64,000 bases of DNA, from positions 1 through 64,000 of IMG/VR virus record IMGVR_UViG_3300014494_000005. One strand, written 5' to 3'. The notes below the pieces were generated by a model that searched no databases, had not been told where the DNA came from, and saw only the letters and a program-made list of their open reading frames with translations. Below are positions 36,520 through 46,212 of the stretch, in pieces (position 1 is the stretch's first letter; every line of letters starts with the position of its first letter). The translations under genes and the position numbers were made by a program.

Positions 36520-37137
36520 ATGTTAACGTTTATATTATCAGTTATAATAGTTTCCTTTATTTGTCTTTGTTTTTTCAAAGGTAATTTTTGGGAAAATAGA
36601 TACTTAGTACTTTTAATTAGTGGTGGTGTGGCATTAGTTGTCACACTTACTACTAATTTAATTATTCGTGGACATTTGCAGACCAAAACAGAAATTGTAT
36701 CTACAAGTCCATTACATACCTTTTTTGTACAAAAGAGTCTTTTTAAAAATAAAACTCATTTTATTAAAGATTATGATTATTTTAATAATCATTATGCTAC
36801 CGAATTTTTTTATAATAAAAAAGATAGTTTGCATAAACAAAAACCTGTTACTATTCTTCTTTATACTCAAAATAAAGATGATAATAATATTATTGTTGGA
36901 ACATTTTATAAATCATATAAACAAGATTATGATGATTTAAATGATGTATATCTTGCTCCAAGTAATGCTGATAGTATTGCATATAGATGTAAGAAAAAAT
37001 TAATCTATGATGTACCTAAAAGTAATTGGTTAACTGGTTTTAGTTTACCACGTATTAAAACAATTACTATTCTCTATATTCCACCAAAGGAATATAAGTT
37101 AATACCAGATTCATTAATTCGTAAAATACCATTCTAA
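36520..37137 (+). CDS. Membrane protein (2 N-terminal TM)
   Basis: Hydrophobic N-terminus. Confidence 0.6.
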   Translation: MLTFILSVIIVSFICLCFFKGNFWENRYLVLLISGGVALVVTLTTNLIIRGHLQTKTEIVSTSPLHTFFVQKSLFKNKTHFIKDYDYFNNHYATEFFYNKKDSLHKQKPVTILLYTQNKDDNNIIVGTFYKSYKQDYDDLNDVYLAPSNADSIAYRCKKKLIYDVPKSNWLTGFSLPRIKTITILYIPPKEYKLIPDSLIRKIPF

Positions 37138-37139
37138 TT

Positions 37140-37385
37140 ATGAAAACAAATTTATTTATAATTCTTTGGAAAAAAGAAAAAATCCATTGGAAACGAATTG
37201 TAATATTATTCAATCGTTTTAATGGTTGGATGTATAAATTAACTTTTGGTTTAATTGTTGCTTTACTTGTAACAATATTTCATTATGCTTTTGCATTAAT
37301 GCATACACTTTATGAAATATTTTTATTTATTTTTGCAAGGCAAGCATTTAAAGCAAATTTACAAAAAATGGCATTAAAAGTATGA
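37140..37385 (+). CDS. Small membrane protein
   Basis: Hydrophobic segment. Confidence 0.55.
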   Translation: MKTNLFIILWKKEKIHWKRIVILFNRFNGWMYKLTFGLIVALLVTIFHYAFALMHTLYEIFLFIFARQAFKANLQKMALKV

Positions 37386-37909
37386 ATAAAAATAAATTAA
37401 TATGTGTCGATGTTGAAAGTGATGGTGGATATATGCCAGATTATTCAATAGTTTGTTTTGCTGCAATAATTGTTGAACCATCACTTTCTAAAACATTTTA
37501 TGGACAAATGCGACCAATTTCTGATAAATGGAATCCTGATGCATTAGCTATAAGTGGTTTTAGTAGAGAAGAACATCTTAAATTTGATGAACCTTATATA
37601 GTAATGAAAAGATTTGCAGATTGGTTAAAAGAAAATGTAAATGGTCAACCAATAGGTATTTCAGATAATAATGGTTATGATTTTGGTGTATGTTTAAATT
37701 ATTATTTTCATAAATTTTATGGTAGTAATCCATTTTCTTGGAGTTCAAGAAGGATTGGGGATTTGTTTTGCGGTGTTGAACACGATATGTGGTATAAATG
37801 GAAAAAACATAGAATAACATCCCATAATCATAACCCCAAATTTGATGTAAAAGGAAATGCTGAAGCATTATTGTATTTATCTAAAACATATAATATTAAA
37901 TTACCATAG
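37382..37909 (+). CDS. DEDDh 3'-5' exonuclease
   Basis: CVDVESDG, SDNNGYDFG, HNHNPKFDV. Confidence 0.85.
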   Translation: MNKNKLICVDVESDGGYMPDYSIVCFAAIIVEPSLSKTFYGQMRPISDKWNPDALAISGFSREEHLKFDEPYIVMKRFADWLKENVNGQPIGISDNNGYDFGVCLNYYFHKFYGSNPFSWSSRRIGDLFCGVEHDMWYKWKKHRITSHNHNPKFDVKGNAEALLYLSKTYNIKLP

Positions 37910-38005
37910 TGTTATGATAATCCATCAAGAATTTTTAATGAAATTAATTGAAAATAATATTCATTATAAAAATAAAAAATTTAAAGTAATTGGTGAATAT
38001 AAAAA

Positions 38006-38794
38006 ATGAGAGACCATATTTTAATTGAAGATAAATTTGGATTATTAAAAAGTACACCAGATAAACTTTTACATGGAAATAAACCTACAGTACAATCTGC
38101 ATTAAATAAATATGAATATATTGTAAATAAATTTAATTATATTCATTTCAACAAATATGTTTATAAAAAATTTCTTTATTTAAAAGAAACTACAGAATTT
38201 GAATTTATTTGCCCCAAACATGGTATAATGAAAACATTAGTTAATTATCATTTAAAGCATGGGTGTTCAAAATGTGGAATGGAATTAGCAAAAAATAGAC
38301 GACCTAAATCTTTAAATAATTTTATAAACCAATCTAATGCAGTACATAATAATAAATATAATTATTTTAATGCCAAATATATTAATACTTCAACCAAATT
38401 AATTATAACATGTTCAATACATGGTGATTTTTTACAAACACCCAATAAACATTTACAAGGTAGGGGTTGTAAAAAATGTAGTAGAGAAAATAATAATTTT
38501 AAAAAATTGGACTGGATTTCCAAAAAAGGTATTGCAACCTTTTATATTTTAAATTGTTGGAATGAAAATGAAAAATTTTATAAATATGGAATTTGCACTG
38601 GAGAAATAAAAAATAGGTTTAATTCAAAAACAAAAATGCCATATAATTATACAATAGAAATTAAATTACAAAATCTTAACAGGTCAATAATTTGGGAAAT
38701 GGAAGAAAAATATAAAAAGAATAATTTATTAATTCATTATAAACCTAAAATTTATTTTAAGGGTTCATCTGAATGTATTATTAATATAAACTAA
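38006..38794 (+). CDS. Putative homing endonuclease: CxxHG repeats (DUF723-like) + GIY-YIG-like C-terminus
   Basis: CPKHG..CSKC, CSIHG..CKKC; FYIL...FYKYGI...NRF. Confidence 0.7.
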   Translation: MRDHILIEDKFGLLKSTPDKLLHGNKPTVQSALNKYEYIVNKFNYIHFNKYVYKKFLYLKETTEFEFICPKHGIMKTLVNYHLKHGCSKCGMELAKNRRPKSLNNFINQSNAVHNNKYNYFNAKYINTSTKLIITCSIHGDFLQTPNKHLQGRGCKKCSRENNNFKKLDWISKKGIATFYILNCWNENEKFYKYGICTGEIKNRFNSKTKMPYNYTIEIKLQNLNRSIIWEMEEKYKKNNLLIHYKPKIYFKGSSECIININ

Positions 38795-38866
38795 ATAAGT
38801 TATGTTAAGAAATATCAGGAATTATTAAAAATTTAATTAATTTTACACTAAATAATTAAGAGTATT

Positions 38867-39127
38867 ATGGATAATTTTAAAAACATATGGTTTATTTTTC
38901 CAGTAATGGTATATTACTTTTTAGAATCTATTGTTATTGCGATTTTTATTTCCGTTATATGGAAATTAGTATTACAATCACTTACTACAATTAATATTAC
39001 ATATTTTCAATGGGTATGTATAATTTGGATTATTAAAGTGATATTTTTTGATGTATTTAAGTTATTATCTGGATTATCTACAATGAATAATCAAAATAAA
39101 GAAACCGAAGAAAAACAAATATTATGA
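38867..39127 (+). CDS. Small membrane protein
   Basis: Two hydrophobic segments. Confidence 0.6.
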   Translation: MDNFKNIWFIFPVMVYYFLESIVIAIFISVIWKLVLQSLTTINITYFQWVCIIWIIKVIFFDVFKLLSGLSTMNNQNKETEEKQIL

Positions 39128-39339
39128 AATATGCGAAAGAAACTCCAAGACTAACCGTTAAATTTATTAATGCTGATACAGAAAAAACACTTTTTGAAAT
39201 AAATGACAGGACATGGTTAAATATAGGTGAAATTTTTTCTGATTATTACATTGATGCAGTAATGAAAACTGAGATGAAAGACAAAAAAATGCCTACCAAT
39301 CTTATGGTATTGGCAGTCGGTGAATATAAGTTAAAATAA
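39124..39339 (+). CDS. Hypothetical protein
   Basis: 71-aa ORF. Confidence 0.6.
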   Translation: MKYAKETPRLTVKFINADTEKTLFEINDRTWLNIGEIFSDYYIDAVMKTEMKDKKMPTNLMVLAVGEYKLK

Positions 39340-39361
39340 GACCATTTTTTATTTAAAATAC

Positions 39362-39390
39362 AAAAACACGTACAAAAATACGTGTTTTTT
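39362..39390 (+). terminator. Intrinsic terminator
   Basis: AAAACACGTA-CAAAAA-TACGTGTTTTTT. Confidence 0.7.
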
Positions 39391-39419
39391 GTAACATTTA
39401 TGCTTGTTTTTCGTATATT
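39388..39419 (+). promoter_or_regulatory. TTTGTAAC-N16-CGTATATT motif
   Basis: Spacer ATTTATGCTTGTTTTT = 16 nt; overlaps the terminator U-tract. Confidence 0.6.
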
Positions 39420-39442
39420 CAAGTAAACAAATAAATAAAAAG

Positions 39443-40045
39443 ATGAAAAAGTTTATTGGATTATTAATAATTGTTCTGTTTACTGCCAATTTGTTTGGGC
39501 AAAAACAACATCTACAACTAAGTCGATTTAGAACATACCCATCATATATTGATGTTGATGAAACAAGAGTTTGGTGCGCACAAAAGGGTGGAGATTTAAA
39601 TGAATATTTAAAAACAAGAACATATTCATTTTATGGTGAAAATGGCAAATTGTATTTGATTTCATATGCAGATACACTTAATATTCAGAATTTTCCTGTT
39701 TTACATTATGGAGAAAAAATAGAAAGGAATCTTTATTTACTTCGTTATGATAATGGTAAATGGAATGTTGCCTCAGATATTATTCAAACTGATTATAATG
39801 GTTGTACTTCTAATGGTGAAGCATCATATAGTTATACATATTTAAGTAAAACTGACCTTAAAGATTTACTTTATGTTAAAAATGGTGTTAGCAATGGATA
39901 TGTAAAAAAATTGGATAATGGTAATGTAGAAATACGCTTATTGATAATTATCAGTGATAATGGACATGATGATGATTATTATTGGAAAACTTGGCGTTTT
40001 ACACCAAAAAGTGATGGAACATATGATATTAAAGAAATAAAATAA
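39443..40045 (+). CDS. Secreted/periplasmic protein with signal peptide
   Basis: MKKFIGLLIIVLFTANLFG|QK signal peptide. Confidence 0.7.
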   Translation: MKKFIGLLIIVLFTANLFGQKQHLQLSRFRTYPSYIDVDETRVWCAQKGGDLNEYLKTRTYSFYGENGKLYLISYADTLNIQNFPVLHYGEKIERNLYLLRYDNGKWNVASDIIQTDYNGCTSNGEASYSYTYLSKTDLKDLLYVKNGVSNGYVKKLDNGNVEIRLLIIISDNGHDDDYYWKTWRFTPKSDGTYDIKEIK

Positions 40046-40480
40046 ATGATAAAGGTAGTTCCATTTATACAAACAACAGGGAGCGAGAAGTTCAAACAAT
40101 TTCTCGCTCTTTCTTTCACTATTGATATGCTATATCCAGTATTTAATGAAAAATCTTGTGAAACTCTTTTTGAGGGTTGGCATTGTAAGAATATGATGAA
40201 TTGGTATAGATTCACGAATGATGATAAAATTATTCTTGAATTTTATCCAAAACATTATGTTATTTATAAAAATGTTTCAAATACTGTAAAATATATATTA
40301 TCAATACCAGTTACCATTAATGATTTTATTAATGATATAGAAAGATTCGGTATTCAACTTTATTGGATGGATTGGATTGATAAGAATTTTGAACCTAAAG
40401 AATATTTACATGTTAATGAAATAAAGAATTATTATATTGATTTACTTACCAAGATGGGAAAATCAAATGAATTACAATGA
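40046..40480 (+). CDS. Hypothetical protein
   Basis: 144-aa ORF. Confidence 0.6.
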   Translation: MIKVVPFIQTTGSEKFKQFLALSFTIDMLYPVFNEKSCETLFEGWHCKNMMNWYRFTNDDKIILEFYPKHYVIYKNVSNTVKYILSIPVTINDFINDIERFGIQLYWMDWIDKNFEPKEYLHVNEIKNYYIDLLTKMGKSNELQ

Positions 40481-40517
40481 ATTTGCATATTAAAATAATT
40501 TTACATATATTTGCATA

Positions 40518-41252
40518 ATGAATGATAGTGATTGGAGATTATGGAGTAATATCACATTCAAAACACAGGGTTATCGTAAAAATTTTGACCTTGTAAATGA
40601 TGATGAAAATATTATTACCGAATATGAAGGATGTGTATCAGAAATTAAAATAGCTAATCAAGAACCACCACTTATTATTGGTGAATATGGATTTTCAGTG
40701 TGGAATATTGAATTAGGAATAAAATTTGACGTGAATTTGAATAAATTAATTACAGAACGTATTGTTGAAAATACTTTTTCTGAATTAATAAATGTTATTC
40801 AAGATAAAGAAATTGAAATAAAAGATTTTAAAAAAATTGTTTTTATTTATTCTTTTATTTTACGTAAAGATTATCGTAAACGTGGAATAACTGAAGAGTT
40901 CATTGAAATGATTTATAGGGATTTTTATGATAAAAACACTGCAATTATTGCATTAATTAAACCATTTCAAGATAATTCTATTGATGCTGATTATTATTAT
41001 AATCGTAAATCAGTACAAGTTAGAGAAAATTTAAAATTATTTGAAATTATTAAAGTTCCAGCACATGAATATTATTTACTTGATGAATTAGTTAAGAAAA
41101 AAGATACTGAAATAAATGAATATAAATTATTTGCAATCGCTAATAAATGTGGTTTTAATAGAATTAACAATTCTTATTTATTTCTATATTCACCAGAAAA
41201 AACAATCGAAAGAATGTTGGAAAAACGTCAATATGTAAAAATAATTGAATAA
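40518..41252 (+). CDS. Hypothetical protein, possible GNAT-like fold
   Basis: FILRKDYRKRGITEEFIEMI resembles acetyl-CoA binding motif A; TATATTTG element upstream. Confidence 0.4.
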   Translation: MNDSDWRLWSNITFKTQGYRKNFDLVNDDENIITEYEGCVSEIKIANQEPPLIIGEYGFSVWNIELGIKFDVNLNKLITERIVENTFSELINVIQDKEIEIKDFKKIVFIYSFILRKDYRKRGITEEFIEMIYRDFYDKNTAIIALIKPFQDNSIDADYYYNRKSVQVRENLKLFEIIKVPAHEYYLLDELVKKKDTEINEYKLFAIANKCGFNRINNSYLFLYSPEKTIERMLEKRQYVKIIE

Positions 41253-41257
41253 AATTA

Positions 41258-41467
41258 ATGGCAAAGAAAAAAAATAAATTATCTAAATTTTATTATCATG
41301 AAGCACTTGATAGGTCTCATGTAGTTAGTATGATTATTGAAACTCATTTAATTGAACATCCTGTTTTTATAAAACATAAAAAATTAAGAAAAAAGATTGA
41401 AAAAGTACAAGATATTTTATATGATGTATATCAAATAGTTGGTAATTTAGAATTTAAAAAACGTTGA
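41258..41467 (+). CDS. Hypothetical protein
   Basis: 69-aa ORF. Confidence 0.6.
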   Translation: MAKKKNKLSKFYYHEALDRSHVVSMIIETHLIEHPVFIKHKKLRKKIEKVQDILYDVYQIVGNLEFKKR

Positions 41468-41751
41468 AAATCAATTGTTTAATAAATTAAAAATATCACA
41501 GTATTTATATCTGCTTATAAATTTAAATTAAAACAATAAAATTTGAAACAATTAAAAAAAACATATAAATTTGCCGATTCTACTGAAAGTACAGGTCAAA
41601 TTTCTCCAATATATAAGGCAATACCCGAAAAAATAGTGTTTTTCGGGCATTTTAGTTTAAAAATGCCACTAATTTGTGGTAATATTTAAAATTTTTATAG
41701 TTAGCAACTAATTGATTTTCAATAAATAACATTATTATTAAAAATTAAATT

Positions 41752-42432
41752 ATGAAAAAAATATTATTTATGACTGTAATTCTCTTTACTTGTATTATGA
41801 GTGCTACAAATATTGGTAATCCTAATATGATGAGAACTCATGGTAGTGATAATGAAAGAGTAAAACTTAATCAAATTAAACAACAAAAGAGATTAGAAAA
41901 AATACATAAAATGATTGATACTATTGAGTTTCAGGCAGAGATTAAAATTCCAAATTATGTAGATACTAATGATATAGAATTTATATATGATAAAACAATG
42001 GAATTTCAATTACCAATAAGAACGATTTTTAGATTAGTATTTAATGAATCAAAATTTATTGATACTATTGTTTCACCTGTAGGTGCAAAAGGTTTTTTTC
42101 AACTTATGCCGGAAACAGAAGATGCATATTCGTTAATGCTTAATATTGACACATTTAATTTTACTTATAATCAAAAAAATATATATATTGGATTAACAAT
42201 GGTAAAAGATTTATATGATTATTGGCGTGGTAAAGGTTGTACTGATAAATATTCATGGAAATTAACTCTTGCATCATATAATGCAGGTATTAAAAAAGTA
42301 TTTAAATTTCGTGGTATTCCACCAATTCAAGAAACAATTAATTATATAGATTATATATTAAGAAGGCATTCAAATTCTAAATTTTATACTAATATAAAGA
42401 AAAATGAGAACAAAACTAAAATCGGCACATGA
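41752..42432 (+). CDS. Soluble lytic transglycosylase (SLT) with signal/anchor
   Basis: VFNESKF (catalytic E), SPVGAKGFFQLMPET, LASYNAG, ETINYI. Confidence 0.9.
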   Translation: MKKILFMTVILFTCIMSATNIGNPNMMRTHGSDNERVKLNQIKQQKRLEKIHKMIDTIEFQAEIKIPNYVDTNDIEFIYDKTMEFQLPIRTIFRLVFNESKFIDTIVSPVGAKGFFQLMPETEDAYSLMLNIDTFNFTYNQKNIYIGLTMVKDLYDYWRGKGCTDKYSWKLTLASYNAGIKKVFKFRGIPPIQETINYIDYILRRHSNSKFYTNIKKNENKTKIGT

Positions 42433-42709
42433 AGAACAATATTCTGATGGTAGTAAAACATTAGGAATTATATTTAATTATTCTCTCGAAGTTGAAAATG
42501 ATGGATGGAAAGAAAGTTTCGCATTTATTTTTAATCATGAAAATAATATGTATATTTTCTTTGATACAATGTTCGATATGTTTAACTATTTACTTAATGG
42601 AGTTTATAATATAAGATGTGCTTATATGGAAGAAGATGAATATGATAGTTATTATGATGCACCATATATTGAAGATAAATTTGCTAATATATTGAAATGG
42701 ATTAATTAA
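42404..42709 (+). CDS. Hypothetical acidic protein
   Basis: 101-aa ORF. Confidence 0.6.
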   Translation: MRTKLKSAHEEQYSDGSKTLGIIFNYSLEVENDGWKESFAFIFNHENNMYIFFDTMFDMFNYLLNGVYNIRCAYMEEDEYDSYYDAPYIEDKFANILKWIN

Positions 42710-42732
42710 ATCTATTTCAGTATTTATTATTA

Positions 42733-42903
42733 ATGATAAGTATAAAAAACGATATTGAAGCATATAATCTTTGGAACAAACTATCTTATGATGATAAGGT
42801 CAAATTACTATCAGAATGGAATTTTTGGGTAGGATTTAGCCAATATATATATGGATACTTACCTGAAGACCTTAAAGAAAAATTAAGGCTTAAAATCGAT
42901 TAA
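42733..42903 (+). CDS. Small hypothetical protein (56 aa, below track cutoff)
   Basis: MISIKNDIEAYNLWNKLS...LRLKID*. Confidence 0.5.
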   Translation: MISIKNDIEAYNLWNKLSYDDKVKLLSEWNFWVGFSQYIYGYLPEDLKEKLRLKID

Positions 42904-43846
42904 AATATTGTTTTTTAGTAATTGGCTGGAAAACCTCAATTCTTTTTGGGTCTAATGCCGTATTATATCCTTCTTCCCACCAAGCAAGCATTTCTTCTTG
43001 ATTAAATATCATACTATTTGAACTTAATTTTCTTGGTAACCAATAGATTGTAACTTTTGTACCTTGTCGATTTAATTTTTTTATTCTATCATAAAAATAT
43101 TCAAATTCAATATCATATCTCATAGCATTAATACTGGTGGTTACATTTTCCATAAGACTATTAATTTTTTTACCTTCATAAACGTCAGTATTTTTTGTTC
43201 TATGCAAAATAATATCAATTTCATTAAATCCTTTATTTATTAATTGATTAATACCAACCAAATCTGTTAAACCACCATCACTCCATAAACCGACATGAAA
43301 ACTTCCAGTTTCATTATTCCAACTTTTTTTAACTAAAGAAGTAAAAAATGGAACATTGGTACTACACCACATCCAATCTTTCATATCTTCATAATCTTCA
43401 TTTAATGAACTAAAATAATGTATTTTTGAAGGTACTTGTGCAAAATTTTGTGTACCAACTAATATTTCTTTATTTTGTTTTCTTAATTCATTAAAATATT
43501 GTTTGGGAAAAAATTTATCAATTGTTTTTCTTAAAACATTTGATGTGCAAATAGTTTTTTGTTTTAATAATAATGATATTATTATTGGTAATATTCTAAT
43601 ATTACCTGTTTTTGAAATAGGATATGGTTTATACCAATATGTATCAAAAATATTTTTATTTGTAACTGTTGTGTATCCTGCTTTAAGTAATTCCCATTCT
43701 TTTAATGCAGCAAGTGGTGCTAATAAACTTCCAGTTGATACTCCAACAATGGTGTTATAATCTTTATTAATTCTTGCTAAAGTACCACCACCGAATGCAC
43801 CCCAAGCACCACCACTTGAAATGACACACCCCTTTTTTATTTCCAT
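42890..43846 (-). CDS. Patatin-like phospholipase
   Basis: SSGGAWGAFGGG oxyanion loop, GVSTG nucleophile, SDGG. Confidence 0.88.
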   Translation of the reverse strand: MEIKKGCVISSGGAWGAFGGGTLARINKDYNTIVGVSTGSLLAPLAALKEWELLKAGYTTVTNKNIFDTYWYKPYPISKTGNIRILPIIISLLLKQKTICTSNVLRKTIDKFFPKQYFNELRKQNKEILVGTQNFAQVPSKIHYFSSLNEDYEDMKDWMWCSTNVPFFTSLVKKSWNNETGSFHVGLWSDGGLTDLVGINQLINKGFNEIDIILHRTKNTDVYEGKKINSLMENVTTSINAMRYDIEFEYFYDRIKKLNRQGTKVTIYWLPRKLSSNSMIFNQEEMLAWWEEGYNTALDPKRIEVFQPITKKQYFNRF

Positions 43847-43910
43847 AATTATCTTACTTTTTTAATTTATTAATTTCTTGTTTTAGATAATTAATTTCTT
43901 TATGTTGTTA

Positions 43911-44723
43911 TTATAATTGTCTTAATTCATTCATGAGTTGAATGACAAGGTTTGTTTGTGTAGCTGATTGTAATGATATAAATTCAAGAGTTTCTTCTGG
44001 GTTTTCTACGACATTATTCCAATAATATTTTGATAATTCATTATTTGGTAATAAATCTACCGTTCTTTTAAGATTCATAAAATCAGAAATTAGCATTAAT
44101 GGCATATAATCATAACCATTGAATTTCCAGACATTAATAGTATCAATAATACCAGATTCCCAAGGTTTCATAATTAAACTTTTTTTCAAAATTAATGGTA
44201 ATTCTTTATTTGTTTTAAATTTATTTTTGTTAATTATAAATCTTTTAATTAAAAGGGGAATATCATGACTTATGATATTATGTCCACAAAGCATTGGAAA
44301 ATTCTTAGGGGTTGATAATTCACCATCACTTGATAATTGATGTAAAATATCCATAAATTGTTCAATTATATTATGTTCATTTTCTCCTGTAAATTTTTTT
44401 AAACTTCTTTTCAATGTACCATTTTCCATATATAACATTGCATATGTTATAGTAATAATTCTACTATATTCAGGATAGTTTGGTGCATTATTTTGATACA
44501 TGGATTCTTCAAATTGGCGAAGTTCATCACCTACAAGGTCTTTATATATTTTATCTGGATAATGTTTATTAAACGCTAAATCTTTCCAACTATCAAATAA
44601 AGATTTGTTTTTTTCTTCAAGGTCTTTAAGTGTAGAATAAATAAGAACTGATTTTACATTAAAGAAAAGCATTTCATAAATGCTTGCTTTGTTAAATACA
44701 TCTTCAAATAATTGATTTGCCAT
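43911..44723 (-). CDS. PolB-type 3'-5' exonuclease-like protein, apparently inactive
   Basis: LCGHNIISHDIPLLIKR and KPWE..IDT..VWKF; ExoI position reads FFNVKS instead of FFDIET. Confidence 0.65.
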   Translation of the reverse strand: MANQLFEDVFNKASIYEMLFFNVKSVLIYSTLKDLEEKNKSLFDSWKDLAFNKHYPDKIYKDLVGDELRQFEESMYQNNAPNYPEYSRIITITYAMLYMENGTLKRSLKKFTGENEHNIIEQFMDILHQLSSDGELSTPKNFPMLCGHNIISHDIPLLIKRFIINKNKFKTNKELPLILKKSLIMKPWESGIIDTINVWKFNGYDYMPLMLISDFMNLKRTVDLLPNNELSKYYWNNVVENPEETLEFISLQSATQTNLVIQLMNELRQL

Positions 44724-44764
44724 ATACGATTGTTTTTATATTATAATACAAATGTAATTAATCT

Positions 44765-45127
44765 TTAATTAATATTAAAGAGAAAATGTAAATATTTTGA
44801 AATTGTTGAACGATTTTCTTTTTTTATTTGATTATAAATATCTTGAATATCTTCGAAACTATATGAATTTAATTCCTCAATATCATCAACATCATATTTA
44901 CCTTTTGAATGTTTTATGATATATGGAATTAGTTTAGTTTTTTTAAGTTCTTTTTGTTTCTTTTTTTTATTAATTTCTTTTAGATAAAAATTACCCATTT
45001 TTTCAATTTCAGAAATTGTTTGATTTTTCTTTCGTACAGTATCTGTTTCAAGATATTCATTAAATGCTGTAATATCTTTATCATCATCATTATAATCAAT
45101 TGATAATATTTTTTTATCAATAGTCAT
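44765..45127 (-). CDS. Hypothetical protein
   Basis: 120-aa ORF. Confidence 0.6.
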   Translation of the reverse strand: MTIDKKILSIDYNDDDKDITAFNEYLETDTVRKKNQTISEIEKMGNFYLKEINKKKKQKELKKTKLIPYIIKHSKGKYDVDDIEELNSYSFEDIQDIYNQIKKENRSTISKYLHFLFNIN

Positions 45128-45131
45128 AAAA

Positions 45132-45659
45132 TTATTCTTTATCGATTTCTAATAGTTCTGTGGTTGTTTTTGTTGTACTTGTTTCACCAGTAGATAAAAT
45201 TACTTTAGGTTGTCTGGTTTTTTTTAATTTCTTTTCATCATTATTGTCTTTATGTATGTTTTTAACGAAATTATCATTAATTTTCTTAAATGAATTTTCT
45301 TTTAATTCATCTAATTCTTTAAAGAATGCACTTGCTTTTTTTTCAAGACCCTTTTTCATTTCTTCCATTTGCAATTTAAATTCTTCTTCTTTTTCGGCAA
45401 TTTTCTTATTGGTGTTAATAATAATTTCAAAAAATGCAATTAGGTCATCAATAACAATATTTTGATTTTTAGGTGATATTTTTATCATTTTACCTGATTT
45501 ATCTTCAGCTAAAATTTCACATTTAATTTCATCATTTTCGTCAAAAACCCAATTATTCGGTATTCCAATTTCTATTTCATACCAACCATTGACAGTATTT
45601 CGAGTTATTGAAATTAAGTAACCTTCTACTAGCTGTAGTGCTAATTCAATTGTTTTCAT
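45132..45659 (-). CDS. Hypothetical coiled-coil protein
   Basis: 175-aa ORF. Confidence 0.65.
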   Translation of the reverse strand: MKTIELALQLVEGYLISITRNTVNGWYEIEIGIPNNWVFDENDEIKCEILAEDKSGKMIKISPKNQNIVIDDLIAFFEIIINTNKKIAEKEEEFKLQMEEMKKGLEKKASAFFKELDELKENSFKKINDNFVKNIHKDNNDEKKLKKTRQPKVILSTGETSTTKTTTELLEIDKE

Positions 45660-45854
45660 TTAAAATAAATATGTAAAAAATATTCCTAAAGAAATCCATA
45701 ATATGATTTTTTCAGAAATTGTTAAAACAAATTGTGTTTCTTTGTCTAATTTAAACCTCCCATACATTTTTATAACTAAATCACCAAAGATATATATCAT
45801 AAAAATGATGGAAGATATAAATAAAAATTGATATATTTCAGTTAATATATTCAT
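45660..45854 (-). CDS. Small membrane protein (2 TM)
   Basis: Hydrophobic; candidate holin-like (weak). Confidence 0.55.
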   Translation of the reverse strand: MNILTEIYQFLFISSIIFMIYIFGDLVIKMYGRFKLDKETQFVLTISEKIILWISLGIFFTYLF

Positions 45855-46135
45855 TATTCACCGTGACTCTGACCTTGATGTACTTGTCCTTTAGGTATTA
45901 CTTGTTGCTGAGTATTTGTTTCGGCAGCAGGTACGGGTGCTGGTTCTTGAAAATATTGGGCAACTAAACCAATTTGTGCATTCAAAATTGAAATGCTTCG
46001 AAGTCTACAAGCCATGTTATCAATTTTTTCTTTATAATTTGTATTTGGGTCTGATGCAAGACGAACTAATTCAAGTTCTTCATAATACTTGTTGTTGTTT
46101 AAATAATTTAATAAATCAAGTTTCAAATTTGCCAT
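45854..46135 (-). CDS. Hypothetical protein
   Basis: 93-aa ORF. Confidence 0.6.
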   Translation of the reverse strand: MANLKLDLLNYLNNNKYYEELELVRLASDPNTNYKEKIDNMACRLRSISILNAQIGLVAQYFQEPAPVPAAETNTQQQVIPKGQVHQGQSHGE

Positions 46136-46212
46136 AATTCTTTTTGGTTTTAAAATAATATTATTTTTATGTTCGTAAATTTAATTATAATAAATACAAT
46201 ATGCAAGGATTT

